Positions 1 to 6,699 of a stretch of 24,112 bases of DNA are shown here, one piece after another; position 1 is the first letter of the stretch; each line of letters starts with the position of its first letter. The notes under the pieces were generated by a model, which worked only from the letters and a program-made list of their open reading frames with translations, did not search any database and was not told where the DNA came from. The stretch covers positions 1 through 24,112 of the IMG/VR virus record IMGVR_UViG_3300030207_003756, one strand, 5' to 3'. The DNA is from a virus (lineage: Duplodnaviria; Caudoviricetes). The translations under genes were made by a program, and so were the position numbers.

Positions 1-2
1 CA

Positions 3-1454
3 GGCCGGACTACTACGCAGACCGCTAAACCTGATGTGAAACCAAGTCGAGATAGGGCCGGATTGACTCCTCGTCCCGCTCGTTCAGCTAAACCAAAAGA
101 GGTAGCAAAGCCAAAACCCAAAGCCAGAAAAAACAAAAAGGCATCCGCATTACCAAGTGAGAAAACTCTGGCAGCAGTAAACAAGGCCGAGCGTGCGGCT
201 ACTAAGGCAGCGCCAGCAAAACGAGCCTACTCTGCGCCTAAAGTAAAAGACATGACAGGCGCACGCGCTAAGAAGATCTTAGAAACTGCGGGCAAGACCG
301 TGCCTAAGAAAGCGGCAGAGCGCATTGCTCAGGCTCGTAAGCTTGTTGCCGGGAAACGCAAAACAGCAGGAATGGGCCCTCGTCAAGGCAACCTTAAGAG
401 GACAGCTAGAAAACCTGCCCAGGCTAAGCCTGCGCAACCTAAGGGTCCATCTGTAGCAGACCAGAAAGCTGATATTGCTACAAAGACTAATGCTCAGCTT
501 AGTGCCTTACTGAAGGCTGCTGGTTTTGCGGTTACCAAGATTGGCACTGGCGCTAAAGGTAGCAAAACAGTTAGCCGAGCTAAGGCTATTAGCAAACTGC
601 AGGGGCGGGTAAACAAAGCAGGGCGGGCTGAAAAGGCTGCTAAATCTGGCAAACCGGCTCGTCCACAGCGACGAAACCAAAAACAAAAAGACACAAAAAC
701 CAAAGCAGAAACCCAAAAGGCTGAGGCTCCTAAGGCTGCCAAGGCTGCGCCTGCAGCGAACAAGGGTATTAACTTAGCGGCAGAGCTTGGTTATCGGAGC
801 AAGGAAAAACAAAAGGCTTTGAATAAGTTCTTTAGGGAGCGCAAGGTTTCTACTCTGAATGATCTGATTGAGAATAAAGAAACACTCGCCAGGGCGCTTG
901 GGGCTGTTCGTGGGGGAACTAATAAAGTAGCCAGTGGGAAAGGCTTACTAAAACGAATCAACACCAGAATTAGCGACGTTCGTGGTAAAGGTGGTGCCGG
1001 TAGTCCTATGCCCAAAGCTCGTGACGCAACTGGTAAACGAGCAGCGCAGGGTCGCACCAGAGACAGGACAACCCAAGAGGTAGAAGATAAAGTAGCAGAA
1101 CGTGCAGCGCGTGAGGTTCGCAGTGGTAGTGGTCCTACTCTGCGTGGCATCGCATCTGACCCTATTAAGGGTACGAAAGCTCTGTTTACTAAACTGGCAA
1201 AAGGCGAGATCAGTCCTGCGCAGATGAAGAGACAGCTAAAACCTATCTTAGCGAAAGCTAAACCGGGTCAAAAAGCTGATTTCAATAGGGCTTTAGATTT
1301 CTTTACTAGAATGCAGATCAACATGAGGGCGGCAAAGAAGGCAGGCAAAGTCCGGCCGGAGGACACCAAGGCTCTTAACAACGCAGCAAAGCAACTGCGT
1401 CAGATGTTAGCAACTATTGCATTAGCGGCGGGTATGGGTGCTGCAGCCGAATAA
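3..1454 (+). CDS. Very basic Lys/Ala/Arg-rich low-complexity protein (histone H1-like composition), probably 5'-truncated
   Basis: The frame of the 36..1454 ORF is open back to position 3, so the true start probably lies outside the window. It has many PAK/KAA/AKP motifs and a helical C-terminal part ending LATIALAAGMGAAAE. The stop overlaps the terL start region by 17 nt. Confidence 0.8.
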   Translation, partial: GRTTTQTAKPDVKPSRDRAGLTPRPARSAKPKEVAKPKPKARKNKKASALPSEKTLAAVNKAERAATKAAPAKRAYSAPKVKDMTGARAKKILETAGKTVPKKAAERIAQARKLVAGKRKTAGMGPRQGNLKRTARKPAQAKPAQPKGPSVADQKADIATKTNAQLSALLKAAGFAVTKIGTGAKGSKTVSRAKAISKLQGRVNKAGRAEKAAKSGKPARPQRRNQKQKDTKTKAETQKAEAPKAAKAAPAANKGINLAAELGYRSKEKQKALNKFFRERKVSTLNDLIENKETLARALGAVRGGTNKVASGKGLLKRINTRISDVRGKGGAGSPMPKARDATGKRAAQGRTRDRTTQEVEDKVAERAAREVRSGSGPTLRGIASDPIKGTKALFTKLAKGEISPAQMKRQLKPILAKAKPGQKADFNRALDFFTRMQINMRAAKKAGKVRPEDTKALNNAAKQLRQMLATIALAAGMGAAAE

Positions 1455-3036
1455 GAAAAAGATCTTCCAAGAGATCAGCAAGTGTGCGTCAGACTTTGCG
1501 TATTTTGCAGAGCAGCACATTCGTATTGTTGATATTAACGGTAAGGAAACAAACCTAAAAATCAACGAAGCTCAGCGAAGAATCTTTAGATCTGTTAACA
1601 AAAACCCACACCTTATGGTGCTCAAGGCTAGAAAGCTAGGGTCTACAACACTTATTGCAGCTTATTTTTTGTGGAAAGCTCTGTTCAATAAGAACAATCG
1701 TATCGCTGTCGTCGCACACACTGACGATGCAGCCCGTGCTATCTTTCAAATTTATCAGTTTATGTATGCTAATCTTCCTACGGAGTTGAAGATCCCAGCA
1801 GAAAAGAACCGGCACAATGAGCTAAAGCTTAAGACAGGAAGCCAAATCAAGGTCGGTAGCGCTGCATCAGAGGGGTTTCGTGGGCAGACCTATCAGTATA
1901 TCCATGCTTCAGAATACGCATTCTGGCCAAACCTAGAAAAAAGTATTGCTGCCTTATTTGGTACGGCGGATGCAAACGCAACGATTATTCTCGAGTCTAC
2001 TGCTAACGGCCTGAACCAGGCGTATGAGATGTGGAACCAAGAGAACGGCTTCGAGAAGATGTTCCTCGGTTGGAAACTAGATAAGCGATACGTCCGAGAC
2101 AAGGCCTACTTCAAAGACTTAACGAAACTAGAGCGAGAATATATTAGTAAGCACAAGCTTACTAATGAACAAGCCCATTGGTTTGTACATCATTTACGGA
2201 CAAAGTGTGCTAACAACTGGTTGATCTTCAATCAGGAGTTCCCTGTCCATGCTGAGATGGCGTTCGTCACATCAGGACAAAGGTTCTTTCCCGACCCGTG
2301 GCCAGTCACCTCGTTTGTTCCGGGGCTCAAAATCCACAAGGAACCGCAACCGTATAGAATCTATACCATTGGTGTTGACACTGCTTCTGGCTCCCCCGGT
2401 GGCGATTACTCTGCTTTCATGGTTCTCGATGTCACGGATGATAAGAAGATCGAGATGGTGGCGTCGTACTACGACAGGGAAGCGCCATCAGACTACAAGC
2501 AGGTCGTCCACGAGCTAGCTGACAAGTATACAGCTATGGCCGTAATCGAAAGTAACTCGTATGGTCTGTCGATTATTGAGCACATGATGGAGCGTGCTTA
2601 CCCACGCATGTTCCGTGACCAGCACTTCGACAAGGCTAAGAATCAGTGGACCCCAAGGTATGGTTTCAACACCAACTCAAAGAGTCGGAACCTTATGCTC
2701 AGTCGTCTTTATGAATATGTTACCAATGGTTACTTATTGGTTACTGATAAAGTGTTTATGGCTGAAGCTAATACGCTTGTGTACAACAGCCGTGGTAAGG
2801 TAGAGGCCCCATCAGGTAAACACGATGATATGGTTATTGCTACGGCACTTGCTCTTATGGGGCTAGATCAAGTAGAAGACCTGATAGAAGAAGTTGCTAA
2901 TAAAGTAAGACCGACTAGTGTAAAAGAAATGTTGAAATGGGAGCTTGCTACAGGGCGCTCATTCAAAGACGCACGACCCGAGGAGTTTTCACCGGACCCG
3001 GTTCAGGAAGTGCTTAATGATATTGGGGTCTGGTGA
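1438..3036 (+). CDS. terL: Terminase large subunit
   Basis: Walker A VLKARKLGSTT, Walker B-like YIHASE, motif C ILESTANG, and RNase H-like nuclease motifs IGVDTASG..DYSA, IESNSYG and HDDMVIATALA. Starts at GTG. Confidence 0.96.
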   Translation: MLQPNKKKIFQEISKCASDFAYFAEQHIRIVDINGKETNLKINEAQRRIFRSVNKNPHLMVLKARKLGSTTLIAAYFLWKALFNKNNRIAVVAHTDDAARAIFQIYQFMYANLPTELKIPAEKNRHNELKLKTGSQIKVGSAASEGFRGQTYQYIHASEYAFWPNLEKSIAALFGTADANATIILESTANGLNQAYEMWNQENGFEKMFLGWKLDKRYVRDKAYFKDLTKLEREYISKHKLTNEQAHWFVHHLRTKCANNWLIFNQEFPVHAEMAFVTSGQRFFPDPWPVTSFVPGLKIHKEPQPYRIYTIGVDTASGSPGGDYSAFMVLDVTDDKKIEMVASYYDREAPSDYKQVVHELADKYTAMAVIESNSYGLSIIEHMMERAYPRMFRDQHFDKAKNQWTPRYGFNTNSKSRNLMLSRLYEYVTNGYLLVTDKVFMAEANTLVYNSRGKVEAPSGKHDDMVIATALALMGLDQVEDLIEEVANKVRPTSVKEMLKWELATGRSFKDARPEEFSPDPVQEVLNDIGVW

Positions 3037-3043
3037 TCTCGTT

Positions 3044-3069
3044 TGGTAGGCGTTACCTACTAGGAAAGG
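3044..3069 (+). promoter_or_regulatory. Short hairpin followed by the Shine-Dalgarno-like sequence of the scaffold gene
   Basis: GTAGG(3046-3050)-CGTTA-CCTAC(3056-3060) stem, extendable by G.T and T-A pairs, immediately followed by AGGAAAGG upstream of ATG 3077. Confidence 0.35.
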
Positions 3070-3076
3070 CGTAAAA

Positions 3077-3895
3077 ATGGTGCAGCTAGACGCAGAAGCA
3101 CAAGAGGGGCTCGCCGCCGCTTTAGAAAATCTCGACGAAGGTAGTGCAGATCAGCAAATACAGGAGTACGCCGAGGAGGCAGAAACTTATTCTGACGAAA
3201 CCGAGTACGAGGAGGGCGGCTACGAAGAACAGTACGCCGATGATGACGAGGAGTACGAAGAGTACGAAGAATACGAAGACGACGAAACCGATGTAGAAGA
3301 AGGCCACTCGGTGCCTTATGGTCGTTTTTCTAAAGTCATCGCTGCGCGCAACAGTGCAGCAGAAGAAGCTCAAGAGCTACGTGAGCAACTCGAGCAGATG
3401 CAGTATCAAATGGACATGATGAAAAACATGCGCCAGATGATGGGGCAAGACGTGCCTGAGGATGTCGAACCTCAAGAGGAGTCACCGTTTGACACCTCTA
3501 CTGAGATGGGGCGGATGCAGTCGCAGATGCACGAGATGGCTGTTCAGCAAGAGCAGTACACGTTAGAGCGAGAGCTAGCGCAGGTACAAGAAGAGTATCC
3601 GGGTATTGACTCATCCGTTCTTTTGAACGCTGTGATTCAAGACCCATCAGTGGATATTATGGCTGTAGCTGAGCAATACACAAATCATATCGCCGAAATA
3701 GAAGAAGCTGCTATTAGTAACTTCTTGGCGAATCTCGATCTCGAAGAAGCTGACGAAGAGTTCGAGGAAGACTTACCCCCCGAGGTTGGTAGCCGTGGTG
3801 GTCGTCAACGAACGATGACCAGTGCTGCGGGTAACAAGCCTCAATCTATGGAACAAGCCCACGCAGCTTTGTCTGAGTGGCTTTCAAGTAATTAA
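3077..3895 (+). CDS. Capsid scaffolding protein
   Basis: Highly acidic N-terminus, VPYGRFSKV motif followed by a coiled coil (typical of phage scaffolds), short C-terminal helix, and position directly upstream of the MCP. Confidence 0.85.
   Translation: MVQLDAEAQEGLAAALENLDEGSADQQIQEYAEEAETYSDETEYEEGGYEEQYADDDEEYEEYEEYEDDETDVEEGHSVPYGRFSKVIAARNSAAEEAQELREQLEQMQYQMDMMKNMRQMMGQDVPEDVEPQEESPFDTSTEMGRMQSQMHEMAVQQEQYTLERELAQVQEEYPGIDSSVLLNAVIQDPSVDIMAVAEQYTNHIAEIEEAAISNFLANLDLEEADEEFEEDLPPEVGSRGGRQRTMTSAAGNKPQSMEQAHAALSEWLSSN
3251..3277 (+). repeat. In-frame 9-bp tandem repeat (GAGTACGAA x2 + GAATACGAA) encoding EYE EYE EYE
   Basis: Read directly from the sequence, inside the acidic Tyr/Glu/Asp tract of the scaffold. 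Confidence 0.8.
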
Positions 3896-3906
3896 GGAAT
3901 ATTGAA

Positions 3907-5271
3907 ATGGTTGCCGTTTCATCTGTAAATTCGCTAGATACAATTCTGAAAGAGTTTTATTCTGGCCCTATTCGCGATCAGCTTAATAATGAAATGCTGG
4001 TCTTTGAACTTTTTAACCGTAAGAAAATGAACTGGGTTGGCCGTCGAGTCATCATGCCAGTGCGTGTCGCTCGTAACGCAACGAGTGCCTATGCTGCTGA
4101 CAATGGTACGCTTCCGCCTGCTGGGGAACAAACTTACAAAGACCTCACGATTACTGCGAAGTACCTGTATGGTCGCATGAGCATTACCGGCCCAGCAATT
4201 GCGCAAGCAAAAGCCAGCGTCGGTGCTTTCGTCAACGGCCTTCAGCAAGAGCTTGATGGTGCTGTTGAGAGCGTGAAGAACGCTGCTGACCAAGCTTGCT
4301 TCACCGGTGGTGGTGCTGTTGGTTTTATCTCTGAGAAGCATACGGCCGCTCAAACCGATTTTGAGTTCTCAGGTAATATTGACCAAATCCCCGGCAATGC
4401 AACCGCCGGTGTTCGGTGTGTGCTTGTTCGTAATGACACTTACGCTGTTATTACTAATGGTCATGCTGGGCCTTTGGCTGTTCGTCAGTCGGCTACCGCT
4501 GGTAACGTTGAGTTTCGCCATGATGTTGTTGGTGGTGCTAATCAGGTAGACCTTACTGGTCTGCCAAAGGGTGCTGCTTGTACTCTCGTTATTATGACGG
4601 ACACTCCGGCTGCTGCTACGCAGGACCGACTCAACGAAGCGCTTGGTATCTACGGTAACTTAGGTGCGGGATACTTTGATGCGGCTGTTGCTGCTGGTGG
4701 TGCCCCGACTCACTGGGGTACTGATCGCACCACCGCCACTGGCACTGCGACTGTTCTTCAATCCACGATTGTGTGTGTTGAAAACACGATTAACCCTGGC
4801 GTTGCTGGCGCTGGCAAGCGAATCGCTGTGGACACCAAGCGTATGCAGGGTATCCTCGATACGATTGCTGACCTGAGTGGTTCAGAGCCTAACTGCATGA
4901 TTGCTCATTATATCTTCCGTCAGGAATATACTGCGCTCATGTCGTTTACTAGTGGTACGCAAGTTACCAGTCGCAACGTAAACGTTGACGATGGTGATCC
5001 CGGATTCAACCTGAATGCGTTATCGTTCAACGGTATTCCGCTCAAGGTTGCTCGTCACTGCGGTAAAGGTCTACTGATCTTCTTGAACCTGCAATCGTGG
5101 GTTTGCGCTGAGGTTGCTGCTCCTGCCCTTGCGGACATGGATGGTAGCGTGCTTAGCCGCATGAACAGCCAGGATGCTTATGAAGCGTTCGTTCGTTACT
5201 ACTACAACACCGTATGCACGGCACCGAATCGGAATGGTATTCTGACCGGTATCAGCTACGCAGGTGTGTGA
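3907..5271 (+). CDS. Major capsid protein (HK97 fold inferred)
   Basis: 454 aa following the scaffold. N-terminal LDTILKEFYSGPIRDQLN, E-loop-like region (ADNGTLPPAG..KYLYGRMSITG), LSFNGIPL and C-terminal PNRNGILTGI are characteristic of phage MCPs. AAGGAA RBS; triple stop TGA TAG TGA. Confidence 0.9.
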   Translation: MVAVSSVNSLDTILKEFYSGPIRDQLNNEMLVFELFNRKKMNWVGRRVIMPVRVARNATSAYAADNGTLPPAGEQTYKDLTITAKYLYGRMSITGPAIAQAKASVGAFVNGLQQELDGAVESVKNAADQACFTGGGAVGFISEKHTAAQTDFEFSGNIDQIPGNATAGVRCVLVRNDTYAVITNGHAGPLAVRQSATAGNVEFRHDVVGGANQVDLTGLPKGAACTLVIMTDTPAAATQDRLNEALGIYGNLGAGYFDAAVAAGGAPTHWGTDRTTATGTATVLQSTIVCVENTINPGVAGAGKRIAVDTKRMQGILDTIADLSGSEPNCMIAHYIFRQEYTALMSFTSGTQVTSRNVNVDDGDPGFNLNALSFNGIPLKVARHCGKGLLIFLNLQSWVCAEVAAPALADMDGSVLSRMNSQDAYEAFVRYYYNTVCTAPNRNGILTGISYAGV

Positions 5272-5420
5272 TAGTGATTGAGGTCGCTCGCCTCATCGTT
5301 GATCTCGGGCAGTTGGGGCTCCTTATATGGGGGCTCCGACTGTTCCGAGACACGTTTGGGGTGGACGATTCTCAGGCTGATGAGGAACTTGCAACGCCTA
5401 TGCGTATCTGGGAGGACTAA
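5268..5420 (+). CDS. Small 50-aa putative membrane protein (MIVIEVARLIVDLGQLGLLIWGLRLF...)
   Basis: GTGA overlap with the MCP stop and TAATG overlap with the next gene, so it exactly fills the gap. Hydrophobic N-terminal half and acidic tail. Start re-assigned from 5214 to 5268. Confidence 0.6.
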   Translation: MIVIEVARLIVDLGQLGLLIWGLRLFRDTFGVDDSQADEELATPMRIWED

Positions 5421-5881
5421 TGGCTGACTATATGCCGGGTTCGCTTGCTGCTATCTTTACTGCTGATAAGCGCATGAACGAGAAAGAACGGATGCGTAAG
5501 GCGGCAGAGAGAAAAGCCAACGAGGCTCGGAAGAAAAAAGAGTCTGGTGATATTGGTGGCATGATCGGCACTGGTTTGGGAGCTTTGGCTCTGCTTAATC
5601 CTGCGACAGCGTCTTTTGCTCCGGCTATTATGAGCGTGGCTGGTAAAGCTGGGACTATGGTTGGAACAGGCGAGGTGTCCGGAGGTGATGTAGCCGACCT
5701 CGCTCTCAGCGCAGTAGAGGGTTACGCTGGTGGTACCGATAAACAAAAAGACGCTTTTATGAAGCTGTTGCGTTATGGTAATTACGGCAACAAGGCTTTT
5801 GGTGAATCAATCAAAGATGATGATAAAGGTTATGACGATGAAGAAATGCGTCGAGCCCTAATGAGAGGTCGTTATGGATAA
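5420..5881 (+). CDS. Hypothetical protein with charged helix and Gly-rich hydrophobic segment (possible small ejection/pilot protein)
   Basis: GGAGGA RBS; GGMIGTGLGALALLNPATASFAPAIMSVAGKAGTMVG glycine-zipper-like segment. Function is inferred only. Confidence 0.65.
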   Translation: MADYMPGSLAAIFTADKRMNEKERMRKAAERKANEARKKKESGDIGGMIGTGLGALALLNPATASFAPAIMSVAGKAGTMVGTGEVSGGDVADLALSAVEGYAGGTDKQKDAFMKLLRYGNYGNKAFGESIKDDDKGYDDEEMRRALMRGRYG

Positions 5882-6095
5882 GATGAAAAGTCGTAAGCTA
5901 TGGCTGTCAGTTTTGGCAGCTATTCTTCCTATTGTTGCTAAGCACTTTTTCCCTAATCTGCCTACAGAAGCTATTGTGGCATCTGTAGTTGGTGCTGTGG
6001 CTGGTGTGCTTGGTATCAGTATGGAAGATGTGGCTAAGCAAAAGAGGGCTGCTCTGGAGGCAGCAGCTTCCCAGGGAAAAAAGCCCTCAGAATAA
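5874..6095 (+). CDS. Holin-like two-TM protein (0-frame product, 73 aa)
   Basis: KMKSRKLW N-terminus, as commonly seen in phage holins, two hydrophobic segments (LWLSVLAAILPIVA; AIVASVVGAVAGVLGISM) and a charged C-tail. GAGAGG RBS. Confidence 0.75.
   Translation: MDKMKSRKLWLSVLAAILPIVAKHFFPNLPTEAIVASVVGAVAGVLGISMEDVAKQKRAALEAAASQGKKPSE
6056..6083 (+). promoter_or_regulatory. Putative programmed -1 ribosomal frameshift signal (internal SD GGAGG plus overlapping slippery heptamers G GGA AAA and A AAA AAG)
   Basis: Heptamers at 6074-6080 and 6077-6083 are both in X XXY YYZ phase with the holin frame. GGAGG at 6056-6060 lies 13 nt upstream of the first. Confidence 0.75.
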
Positions 6096-6298
6096 TCCCG
6101 CCTGTTGTACTACGTCCTACTGACACTGGTGGCCTTGATCTTTCTCTTACTGGGAATCATCATAGGTGGGATGCTGGTGCTGCTGTTAGACATACGATCG
6201 GACGAGACTTCGACCTCACCGCTCAGTTGTCAGCAGGCGCAGCCTGGGGAGATCCCACCGATTGGCAGGGAACCGTAGGAATGAAATGGAGATGGTAA
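6074..6298 (+). CDS. -1 frame extension of the holin-like gene: four amphipathic beta-strands with a C-terminal outer-membrane beta-signal (fusion 5874..6298, ~141 aa)
   Basis: Translates as GKKALRIIPPVVLRPTDTGGLDLSLTGNHHRWDAGAAVRHTIGRDFDLTAQLSAGAAWGDPTDWQGTVGMKWRW*. There is no ATG/GTG/TTG between the upstream stop (6035) and 6227. TAA 6296-6298 abuts the ATG at 6299. Confidence 0.75.
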   Translation, partial: GKKALRIIPPVVLRPTDTGGLDLSLTGNHHRWDAGAAVRHTIGRDFDLTAQLSAGAAWGDPTDWQGTVGMKWRW

Positions 6299-6520
6299 AT
6301 GCCTACTAAGAAAAAAGAAACAAAACCCGCAGCTAAGAAGGCTAAGGCCCCAAAAGCGGCGGCAAAGAAAAGCCCGGCTCTTGAAGCCTGGGAGCGTCGT
6401 ACTTATTTGTATGAGAAGCAGCGAAGCGGAAAAGTCTTTACCAAGGCCGAAGCTGAAGAGGCTGATCTTATTCGCAGGCAGCGTGGTGACATTGTGCCTG
6501 GATTCAAACCGGCAGCTTAG
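6299..6520 (+). CDS. Small basic protein with Lys/Ala/Pro-rich N-terminus
   Basis: [24 protein letters not shown] followed by a helical domain. GGAGA RBS; tight packing with neighbours. Confidence 0.8.
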   Translation: MPTKKKETKPAAKKAKAPKAAAKKSPALEAWERRTYLYEKQRSGKVFTKAEAEEADLIRRQRGDIVPGFKPAA

Positions 6521-6522
6521 GT

Positions 6523-6699
6523 ATGCTTGAAAAGGGTTCTTCACGGGCTGTGATTAGGCGTAACATCGCTAAAGAGATGGCTTACGGAAAACCGCAGAAA
6601 CAAGCTGTCGCTATAGCTTACAGTAAAGCAGGGAACTCTAATGGCAAAAAGTCCAAAGGCCGCAAAACTAAAAAAAGACATAGACGAGTTCAATACTGA
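6523..6699 (+). CDS. Small basic phage protein with [16 protein letters not shown] motif (58 aa, not in ORF track)
   Basis: [58 protein letters not shown]. The KG.S...[16 protein letters not shown] pattern is recognisable from small conserved phage proteins of unknown function. It starts 2 nt after the previous stop and overlaps the portal gene by 59 nt. Confidence 0.8.
   Translation: MLEKGSSRAVIRRNIAKEMAYGKPQKQAVAIAYSKAGNSNGKKSKGRKTKKRHRRVQY

Noticed and set aside
5214-5267. ATG 5214 start for the small ORF after the MCP
   Set aside because: Would overlap the MCP by 58 nt; the GTGA-coupled start at 5268 is more plausible.
6098-6132. Possible stimulatory stem-loop downstream of the slippery site (CCGCC-TGTT-GTA...TAC-T-GACA-CT-GGTGG)
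   Set aside because: Bulged, G.U-rich and ~14 nt from the heptamer, further than typical. It cannot be supported without folding calculations.
6105-6278. 57-aa very hydrophobic ORF (TTG start; MYYVLLTLVALIFLLLGIIIGGMLVLLL...) in the holin frame after its stop, a possible i-spanin or antiholin
   Set aside because: No RBS, and it does not abut the next gene. Hydrophobic shadow ORFs arise throughout this genome in the +1 frame of real genes with T-ending codons (e.g. 4307..4549), so it is better explained as the shadow of the -1 frame CDS. Not fully excluded.
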